Of a stretch of 6,164 nt of DNA, positions 1 through 5,981 are shown piece after piece. Each line of letters opens with the position of its first letter. Position 1 is the stretch's first letter. A program made the position numbers and the translations under genes. Source of the stretch: Amoeboradix gromovi X-113 (lineage: Eukaryota; Fungi; Sanchytriomycota); contig JADGIF010000604.1 in assembly GCA_018985225.1 (NCBI GenBank), positions 1 through 6,164 of the forward strand, given 5' to 3'. Below the pieces are notes generated by a model. That model searched no databases, had not been told where the DNA came from, and saw nothing but the letters and a program-made list of their open reading frames with translations.

Positions 1-1
1 A

Positions 2-106
2 AAAAGAGGAATACAATCAATGAAAGAAAATTGGTATAATAGAAGATCTTTTATTAATGATAGCATTTCCTCCGTATGGAGCACCTTTAAAAACGAGTTA
101 GTCTAG
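2..106 (+). CDS. Possible 3' end of an upstream gene (…KRGIQSMKENWYNRRSFINDSISSVWSTFKNELV*), product unknown
   Basis: The frame is open from the window edge to TAG 104-106, with AATAAA at 154-159. No homology was recognised. A minus-strand ORF starting at ATG 66 and running off the edge is an alternative. Confidence 0.25.
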   Translation, partial: KRGIQSMKENWYNRRSFINDSISSVWSTFKNELV

Positions 107-193
107 TTTTTATATTTGGTGTCCCAGACCATAATTAATCAGATAAGCATGAAAATAAATTTTGTTATTGTAGTTAAGTCTCGCAGGAGTAGC

Positions 194-240
194 CCGATTT
201 TAATGGGGGCCATTTTCGAAAACTCTGTCCCATAACTCGG
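194..240. repeat. Imperfect nested inverted repeat/stem-loop ending 3 nt before the SMC5 ATG
   Basis: CCGA (194-197)/TCGG (237-240), ATGGG (203-207)/CCCAT (229-233) and the palindrome TTTTCGAAAA (213-222) all share a centre at about 217-218. Confidence 0.6.
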
Positions 241-243
241 AAT

Positions 244-3200
244 ATGGTAAATGTTTTTTTACCAGGAAATATCGTTAGGATGGAGTTGACTAATTTTCTT
301 ACTTATGATTATGTTGTATTCGGTTGCCATCCTAATTTAAACTTGATATGTGGTCCAAATGGTTCTGGAAAATCATCATTAGTTTGCGCTATTGTACTTG
401 GATTAGCAGGTAAGCCTGAGATGCTAGGCCGAGCAAAAGATCTTAAACTATTCGTTAAAGCAGGAAAGTCAGATGCTCGTGTTGACATCACTCTTCAGCT
501 TCAAAGTGGTACTACTCTAGTATCTAGATTGTTTAAAAACGACTCAAATACAGCCGCATTCTTTCAAGATGGCGTTAAGGTTACCAAGCAAGTTATTTCA
601 GATTTGGTGGCCAGCCTAAACATTCAACTGGACAATCTTTGTCAAATTCTCCCACAAGAAAAAGTTGGCACTTTTAGTCAACTAAGTTCAAAAGAAAGAC
701 TACGAGAAACTGAATTTATAGTGGGTGGCGAAAACTTAGTTAAGCTTCATGAGCATGTTGTTTATCAACTAAACAATTCTAAGGAGCACACCGAGGAGTT
801 AAAATCTAAAAGGGCTACTTTAGCAAATCTCCAGGAACAGAATCATTTGCTTGAAAACCGCGTTGAATTTTTTCACAAGAGTGAGGAAATGAAGCTTCAA
901 CGGGATGCTATGAATTTGGCCCTGATTGACGTACAATACAATGAAGCTGTGGAACAATATGATGTAACCCTTTGTGATTGTAATGAAGCAAACGAAGAAC
1001 TAAAAGCGGCACTTGAAAGAACAAAGAAGCAGAACAAAGAAAAAGCCAAACTAATCGAAAATCATGATAAGGCAGATGATCTATTAGCTATTTCCACAGC
1101 CAAGGTTTCTTCATTTGTGAGCAAACAAAACAGGCTACTCAAAAATGTAGAAGACTATGAATCCAAAATAACTGACGTTTTAGCTGATATTCAAAGCGTC
1201 CAAAGTAACGAAGAAAATGCCAAGATAGAGATTGAAAAGTTGAAGAATGCAATCAGAAACAACCAAACCATGGTGGAAAGAGAGCTAGAAAAACAGCAAG
1301 AATACCAAAAGGAAGTAGACACTCATAAAGCTAAGCTCGAATTAGTGGAATCGAAGGCATCAAAGTGCGATGAGGCGTTGACTGAATTTGATGATCAATT
1401 GAGCCAATTAAGAACCCAGTCAGAGAGATATAGAAGACTAAAAAACGAGGCAGAACTGGAATTGCGTAAATTGGATGCCATTAGGGACCGTAGACTCCAC
1501 TTATTAAGGACTAATCATCCAGACGTATTGACAGCTTATACGTATATCCAAGAACACAGCCATGAGTTTAGCGGCACAGTAGAAGGCCCAGTGCTATTGG
1601 ATATGGACGTGGATAGCTCTTATACGATGGCTGTAGAAAACTTGATGGGTAGAGGCCTGATGACATTTATATGCGACAATGACAAGGATTATGAGGAACT
1701 TTCCAAGGAATTCATGGATATCAGAAAGTTAAAGGTGGATGTACGTCAGACTACCTCAACAGTTTTTAAAAACGATCCCGACTACAAACAGTGTGGATTC
1801 CAAATATTACTAAAGGACGTTGTCAAATGCAGTCCTTTGATAAAGTCATTTTTGTGCAGTGATTTTGATTTTCATCGCATTCCATATGCATCTCAGCTAA
1901 GTACCGAGTTATACGAATCTAATCGTGCGAAATACGTCAGGTTTATATTAAACGATACCATTCACTCTACTAATCGTAGTAAATACGGTAATCACTCCTT
2001 ATCTACTAAAACCAACGAATTAAGACCCTGCAACATACTAGCAGATACAATACCAACTGAGCAAGTCAATGAGCTAAATGCAATAATCAAAGAAAATAAT
2101 ACACTTATCCAAGATCTAACGGAACAACACAAAGCAATAGAGGGCAGCAAAAAGAAGGAATCTGATTCGCTTCGCAAGTACAACGACTCAAAACGAGAGC
2201 TTAACGGAAAGATAAAGAGTTTAAAGCAGAAACTGAAATTGGTCCATAATTTAAGAGACCGTATTTTAGTTGACAGGGAACAAATGAATACACTGATCAA
2301 CAGACCACCTATTAATGATGATATAAACAGATTGAATGAATCAATTAGTGAACTTTATAGCAAGAAAGGAGAAGAACTAATAAGCCAGATCAATTCTATC
2401 GACCAGCTGTCCACTTTGAATCACAATTGCGCAGTGGCATTAGTTAAGCAACAGTTGGCATTTAATGAATTGCAAGAGTTCAAGCATAAGTATGAAGACG
2501 AGTCAAATTCTATTGCTAGACTAGAAGGGGTTTTAAAAAGCATTAAAAGCCGACTAGCAACAATGAAAGCAGATGTGGAGAGATTAAAAAGACTGAAACA
2601 ATCAGCATTTAAGGATGCGTCTGCAGAAGTAATACAGATGATGATAGACAAAGAATACCAGACAGAAAGCAGTGATTCATTAATAGCGCAATCAAAACAT
2701 ACACAAGAGAGGCTAAAAGCTATGCTTTCAGATGGGATACATCTGGATGTAGAACAGTACGAAAGGAGACAGGCGGAAATCGCGCACTTGATAGAGAAAA
2801 TAGACAAAATGACTGGCGATGCCATTAGAAACTCAGAGGCTTTTGAGGCAAAAAAAGCAGAGCTAACTAACAAAATTCATGTCATGGTTGCGGATATAAC
2901 AGATAGATTTAGAAATAAAATGCTAGCAATTGATTGTCATGGTGAAATAAAGCTAAATAAGACTGAGAATACTGAAAACATCGGAGAATGGGGAATCGAC
3001 ATTTTAGTTAAGTTTAGAAAGAACGAAAAGTTACAAAATTTGAGTGCATTCAGACAATCCGGAGGTGAAAAATCAGTCAGCACAATGCTGTATCTAATGT
3101 CATTACAAGGTAGTAACAATGTACCATTCAGAGTGGTAGATGAGATAAACCAAGGTATGGATCCCAGAAATGAGAGACTCGTGCATCAGTTGATTGTTAA

Positions 3201-3351
3201 GAATGCTTGCGAAAACACACATTCGCAATATTTTATGATTACTCCAAAATTGTTGACAAATCTGTTATACCACGAGAAGATGCAAATACATTACATATAC
3301 ACCGGAGACTGGATTCCAACTGAAATGATAGACTTTAATAAATACATTTGA
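244..3351 (+). CDS. SMC5: Structural maintenance of chromosomes protein 5 (Smc5/6 complex ATPase), 1035 aa, uninterrupted ORF
   Basis: The N-terminal head has PGNIVRMELTNFLTY, Walker A GPNGSGKS (352-375), CAIVLGLAG..LGRA and the Q-loop region NIQLDNLCQILPQEKV. Two long coiled coils flank a hinge (GTVEGPVLL). The C-terminal head has the signature QSGGEKSVST, Walker B/D-loop PFRVVDEINQGMDPRNER and QYFMITPKLL. These head motifs are diagnostic of Smc5 rather than Smc1-4 or Smc6. Confidence 0.96.
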   Translation: MVNVFLPGNIVRMELTNFLTYDYVVFGCHPNLNLICGPNGSGKSSLVCAIVLGLAGKPEMLGRAKDLKLFVKAGKSDARVDITLQLQSGTTLVSRLFKNDSNTAAFFQDGVKVTKQVISDLVASLNIQLDNLCQILPQEKVGTFSQLSSKERLRETEFIVGGENLVKLHEHVVYQLNNSKEHTEELKSKRATLANLQEQNHLLENRVEFFHKSEEMKLQRDAMNLALIDVQYNEAVEQYDVTLCDCNEANEELKAALERTKKQNKEKAKLIENHDKADDLLAISTAKVSSFVSKQNRLLKNVEDYESKITDVLADIQSVQSNEENAKIEIEKLKNAIRNNQTMVERELEKQQEYQKEVDTHKAKLELVESKASKCDEALTEFDDQLSQLRTQSERYRRLKNEAELELRKLDAIRDRRLHLLRTNHPDVLTAYTYIQEHSHEFSGTVEGPVLLDMDVDSSYTMAVENLMGRGLMTFICDNDKDYEELSKEFMDIRKLKVDVRQTTSTVFKNDPDYKQCGFQILLKDVVKCSPLIKSFLCSDFDFHRIPYASQLSTELYESNRAKYVRFILNDTIHSTNRSKYGNHSLSTKTNELRPCNILADTIPTEQVNELNAIIKENNTLIQDLTEQHKAIEGSKKKESDSLRKYNDSKRELNGKIKSLKQKLKLVHNLRDRILVDREQMNTLINRPPINDDINRLNESISELYSKKGEELISQINSIDQLSTLNHNCAVALVKQQLAFNELQEFKHKYEDESNSIARLEGVLKSIKSRLATMKADVERLKRLKQSAFKDASAEVIQMMIDKEYQTESSDSLIAQSKHTQERLKAMLSDGIHLDVEQYERRQAEIAHLIEKIDKMTGDAIRNSEAFEAKKAELTNKIHVMVADITDRFRNKMLAIDCHGEIKLNKTENTENIGEWGIDILVKFRKNEKLQNLSAFRQSGGEKSVSTMLYLMSLQGSNNVPFRVVDEINQGMDPRNERLVHQLIVKNACENTHSQYFMITPKLLTNLLYHEKMQIHYIYTGDWIPTEMIDFNKYI

Positions 3352-3416
3352 TTTCTACGTAGATGGGAAAACTACAATTAGATCAGCTGGCTGTTGCAGC
3401 TCGATTTCTATGTTGA
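3350..3416 (+). repeat. 14-nt imperfect direct repeat flanking a small hairpin
   Basis: GATTTCTACGTAGA (3350-3363) and GATTTCTATGTTGA (3403-3416) are 12/14 identical. An AGCTG/CAGCT stem (3385-3401) lies between them. Confidence 0.45.
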
Positions 3417-3488
3417 ATAAATCATTTATTGCGAATTTGTATGCATTTTTGTGTAACTTCAAGACTTTTCTAATAGGTTAAATGCTCG

Positions 3489-3620
3489 ATGTTCTTCCTT
3501 TTCACAAGTGGTAAATCAATTTTAAAGAAAATAACTAACAGATACAGCATAAATTCATCAACACTGAGGAACTGGTCCAAAAATGGAAGACTTAGATGTC
3601 TCTGAACGCCAGGAAAGAGA
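3489..3620 (+). pseudogene. Fragment of IS607-type serine recombinase TnpA: N-terminal MerR-like winged HTH only
   Basis: KKITNRYSINSSTLRNWSKNGRLRCL*TPGKR fits the pattern I...Y.(V/I)..STLR.W...G.(I/L).C.RTPG.KR. The in-frame TGA at 3603-3605 sits at the Arg of RTPG, one transition from CGA. No YxRVS catalytic motif follows. Confidence 0.65.
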
Positions 3621-3734
3621 TCAACAATAAATAAACTTGTAAACCGTTTATTTAATAATTCTTGTGATTGGTCTTACCTAATATGCGACAGTAGAGACCA
3701 TATGGCAGCAAGGGACATATACATCAGGTATCTG
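3621..3734 (+). pseudogene. Degenerate C-terminal fragment of a TnpB/Fanzor2 RNA-guided nuclease (end of zinc ribbon plus RuvC-III)
   Basis: INKLVNRLFNNSCDWSYLICDSRDHMAARDIYIRYL resembles the TnpB/Fanzor tail ..KL....F.C..C.....DRD.NAARNI..R.L. RDHMAARDI lies at 3693-3719. The CxxC is decayed, and the frame runs on to 3950 without further recognisable similarity. Confidence 0.55.
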
Positions 3735-3815
3735 CATCCTTATCCAATCCCGCCTCAGGGTAGTGCAAGCGTGAGCAATCACTGTAACGGAGCAACTAGA
3801 ATTGCTAGTTTCTTA
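3700..3815 (+). ncRNA. Candidate omega-RNA (right-end RNA) scaffold of the Fanzor2/TnpB remnant; boundaries approximate
   Basis: It overlaps and follows the TnpB-like C-terminus. GC is 45/90 at 3701-3790, against AT-rich flanks. Hairpins: CCC-gcctca-GGG (3749-3760), TGCA-agc-GTGA-GCAA-TCAC-TGTA with a GNRA tetraloop (3764-3786) and AACTAG-aattg-CTAGTT (3794-3810). Confidence 0.4.
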
Positions 3816-3922
3816 TTAGTGGAATTGTCTAAAATGGCTTGCGTAATATTTTTTTGCCATTTGAAGTTGTTTTCCTTTTTTCATCCGCTCTTTCCCCAGT
3901 TTACTTTTCATCGAGTATCCCA

Positions 3923-4033
3923 ATGTTCAATAGTCCAAAAAGCATATTAATTGGATGGACAGGCATTGCCATAGGTGGCAGTTTATTGCTCTATGTAATG
4001 TACAACAACAAGAATAGCTGGAGGTATAAATAA
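3923..4033 (+). CDS. Small single-pass membrane protein, 36 aa (MFNSPKSILIGWTGIAIGGSLLLYVMYNNKNSWRYK); possibly related to fungal DUF4748-type proteins
   Basis: True ATG at 3923 preceded by CCC (the track's 3839 start is a TTG). It has one hydrophobic Gly-rich helix and a basic tail. The stop is TAA TAA with an overlapping AATAAA. The N.PKS..IGW start recalls a small fungal protein family (from memory, unverified). Confidence 0.55.
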   Translation: MFNSPKSILIGWTGIAIGGSLLLYVMYNNKNSWRYK

Positions 4034-4048
4034 TAAACATTTACTATT

Positions 4049-5020
4049 TCATTTTTGGGCCATTATCGCATCTACATATGAGTTTCTATAAGTCTTTTCC
4101 AGTTCTTCGTTATCATCCTCAATGAAATCATTCCAGTCATTCATTTCTGAAGTGGCAAGTTGATGTACTGGCCTAAAATTGATATTGTGTGGAGCTAATA
4201 GCCAGCCTGGTGGAATGTCAGATATAGTGTTGCTAGTTCTAGCACTAGTGTCTATGGTAGCAGTGTTTGGAACTTCGAAATGTGAACTGAACGGAAAAAG
4301 TGTGGAATACTGGTAATGGTCACTATGGGTTCCAACATCATCTGTAAGAAAAGGGTTGCTTTTTATCGCATTCAGATAAAGTTGCTTTCTTACTATTTTA
4401 GCTGAATTTCTTTGCATTTCGATCTCCTCCGTTTTATCGGCCATTATAACCTCAGCCTCATTCATGCAATCGTAAAGAGAATCTAACAAACTGGGTGCTG
4501 AGAGATTAAATATAGATTTAAGCTGCTCCGTTTTGGCACTGAATAGACCAGCAGGCAATGGCGGTGCGTCTTTATTTATAATTTCATCGATTTCTGCTTT
4601 TATCGGTAACACATCCACTTGTGCAGGTGTGTAAGATGTCTTGACTGCATCCTTCTCTGGATAAGCAGGTAAATGACTCGGTATATTTTCATCTGTTGTC
4701 CTCGTTTGTGGGACTATCGTTTCCATTTCTTCTACATCAACAAATTCATACATGCTTTCTTGTCTTACGTAACCATTCAAAAGATCATGATAGTCTACTC
4801 CTACCTCTTCTAGTGCCCAGAGTACATCATCAAGTTGTATATCGCATCTACCTGCATAATTAGCAAAGTAGGAACTTAACTTACCTAATTGCAATATATA
4901 TCTGGCTAGCACACTAGTCATCAGCTGCAGAGACTGCTTATTCATACCGTCGTAATGTCTCTTCCATATCGTCGCAATGCAAACCTGAAATGTATAATTT
5001 TCCAAGGAAGTAAGATTCAT
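4049..5020 (-). CDS. TAF3: TFIID subunit with N-terminal bromodomain-associated (Bromo_TP) histone fold; TAF3-like, TAF8 not excluded
   Basis: Residues ~10-85 (SLQLMTSVLARYILQLGKLSSYFANYAGRCDIQLDDVLWALEEVGVDYHDL) match the TAF3/TAF8/Spt7 histone fold, followed by the Pro-rich IPSHLPAYP motif. VLxRYxxQLG and GRxDxxLDDV are closer to TAF3, and the HTY motif typical of the TAF8 C-domain is absent. The ORF is 323 aa and intact. Confidence 0.72.
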   Translation of the reverse strand: MNLTSLENYTFQVCIATIWKRHYDGMNKQSLQLMTSVLARYILQLGKLSSYFANYAGRCDIQLDDVLWALEEVGVDYHDLLNGYVRQESMYEFVDVEEMETIVPQTRTTDENIPSHLPAYPEKDAVKTSYTPAQVDVLPIKAEIDEIINKDAPPLPAGLFSAKTEQLKSIFNLSAPSLLDSLYDCMNEAEVIMADKTEEIEMQRNSAKIVRKQLYLNAIKSNPFLTDDVGTHSDHYQYSTLFPFSSHFEVPNTATIDTSARTSNTISDIPPGWLLAPHNINFRPVHQLATSEMNDWNDFIEDDNEELEKTYRNSYVDAIMAQK

Positions 5021-5081
5021 GTCCCTTCGTAATAAAAATAAAAGAAATTTAAAATTTGAAGATTATAACATTGAGTAGCAT

Positions 5082-5981
5082 TTATTGAGCAATTTCCTTG
5101 CTGAACACCATTTCATACCATGTGGCCAGGATCGGATACACAAAAGGTAATACAAAGGGTAAATAAATTGCAAACTTATGCTCATCTGGGTATGTCTGTA
5201 CAGAAGTTATAGATGGATGGTAATATGCCATATATGCATATTTATAGGCCTTTCCAGCCTCCAGAACCGCCAGTTTTAAATCAAGTGTGTTCTTGGCCTT
5301 TTCCATATGAAATCTGTACTGGTCAACTAAATCCGCAATAATATCTGGCACAATCATATTAAATAAATCCGCTACTAGCTTTTGAAGGGATTGCACTAGT
5401 TCGTATGATTCTTTACCATAGTAATCAATGTACTGTCTATAAAATTCGTCCTCAGTATATAGATCAGATTTACAATGAATCTTGAACAGGGAATCTACAA
5501 CATTCTCATAGTTCACTTGAGTGTGTATTGAGCCCCACCTAGGTATTCTTAAGTATTCCTGACTTTCTGTTTGGTTGGTATTAAACAAGATCGTGTGTAC
5601 AACATTGTCAGCGAACAAATTCGAGTGAGTGTATTCATTCATGATAGTCTGCAAATTCTTTTGGTTGCTCGGCATTTTAATATCTCTATCAAATACGTCA
5701 TAGATGTTGTAAGTAATGTTGATGGGCAAATTGTTAATCGTTTTATGAATATGCATTTTCAATGCGTTTTTGTCTATACTCCCAGGAATGTCATTAAATT
5801 TGACGACATACACATGCCAAGCGACATTTGGTGTATAAAAACAATTTTCTAAATCATCGAATTTGGAAGACATTTGCCATTCGATAGGATTGCCGATTTT
5901 AGCACGATATAGTTCAGTTAATTTATACCAAAACGGCGTAAAAGCTACCATGTATAAAACAAAGTATTTGAGAAATGCCAT
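5082..5981 (-). CDS. GPI17: GPI transamidase subunit PIG-S/Gpi17, reduced (299 aa)
   Basis: An N-terminal TM helix is followed by PFWYKLTELYRA (family motif P.W.K.T..YRA). There is an internal IPRWG motif and a C-terminal AYYHPSI....YPDEHKFAIYLPFVLP plus TM helix (family motif YFPDEHK.A.Y.PL). An in-frame TAA three codons upstream fixes the start. Confidence 0.88.
   Translation of the reverse strand: MAFLKYFVLYMVAFTPFWYKLTELYRAKIGNPIEWQMSSKFDDLENCFYTPNVAWHVYVVKFNDIPGSIDKNALKMHIHKTINNLPINITYNIYDVFDRDIKMPSNQKNLQTIMNEYTHSNLFADNVVHTILFNTNQTESQEYLRIPRWGSIHTQVNYENVVDSLFKIHCKSDLYTEDEFYRQYIDYYGKESYELVQSLQKLVADLFNMIVPDIIADLVDQYRFHMEKAKNTLDLKLAVLEAGKAYKYAYMAYYHPSITSVQTYPDEHKFAIYLPFVLPFVYPILATWYEMVFSKEIAQ

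Larger units (their letters stand above)
3489..3815 (+). mobile_element. Putative internally deleted, non-autonomous IS607-family/Fanzor2 (TnpA+TnpB) element remnant; true ends not resolved but must lie within 3352-3922
   Basis: One frame from ATG 3489 reads MFFLFTSGKSILKKITNRYSINSSTLRNWSKNGRLRCL*TPGKR-STINKLVNRLFNNSCDWSYLICDSRDHMAARDIYIRYL. The first part resembles an IS607 TnpA HTH and the second part a TnpB/Fanzor C-terminus. This is the order and orientation expected for IS607. A structured GC-rich tract follows. Confidence 0.62.

Noticed and set aside
247-265. Possible 19-nt intron GTAAAT…ACCAG right after the SMC5 ATG
   Set aside because: Removal would shift the frame and delete the conserved F.PG start of the Smc5 head.
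309-3119. Four minus-strand ORFs (309-491, 1992-2300, 2421-2873, 2937-3119)
   Set aside because: They are antisense shadows wholly inside SMC5. Their Ser/Leu/Phe-rich composition is what the complement of a coiled-coil gene gives.
3363-3416. Short ORF MGKLQLDQLAVAARFLC-TGA as a selenoprotein start
   Set aside because: It has no selenoprotein family similarity, the frame closes soon after, and I found no SECIS-like element.
3670-3830. U1/U2/U3 snRNA, SRP RNA or TPP riboswitch suggested by fragments (CTTACCT, TTGCACTAC on the minus strand, AGCGTGAG, AACGGAGCA)
   Set aside because: The fragments are isolated, on inconsistent strands or wrongly spaced. The other required conserved boxes are missing.
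3839-3922. N-terminal extension of the microprotein given in the ORF track
   Set aside because: It begins at TTG, which is unlikely in a eukaryote, and is T-rich promoter-like sequence. The ATG at 3923 is preferred.
3352-3922. Alternative genetic code (stop reassignment) opening a long minus-strand ORF
   Set aside because: It would need both TGA and TAA reassigned. Neighbouring genes end in TGA and TAA and have no in-frame stops over more than 1600 codons.
3702-3950. 82-aa ORF as an independent gene
   Set aside because: Its ATG falls inside the TnpB-like RDHMAARDI motif. The remainder crosses the hairpin tract and T-rich DNA and overlaps the 3923 ORF, so it is better explained as run-on of the relic frame.
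5571-5852. 93-aa plus-strand ORF
   Set aside because: It is antisense to the well-supported PIG-S gene, starts at a non-ATG codon and has no motifs.
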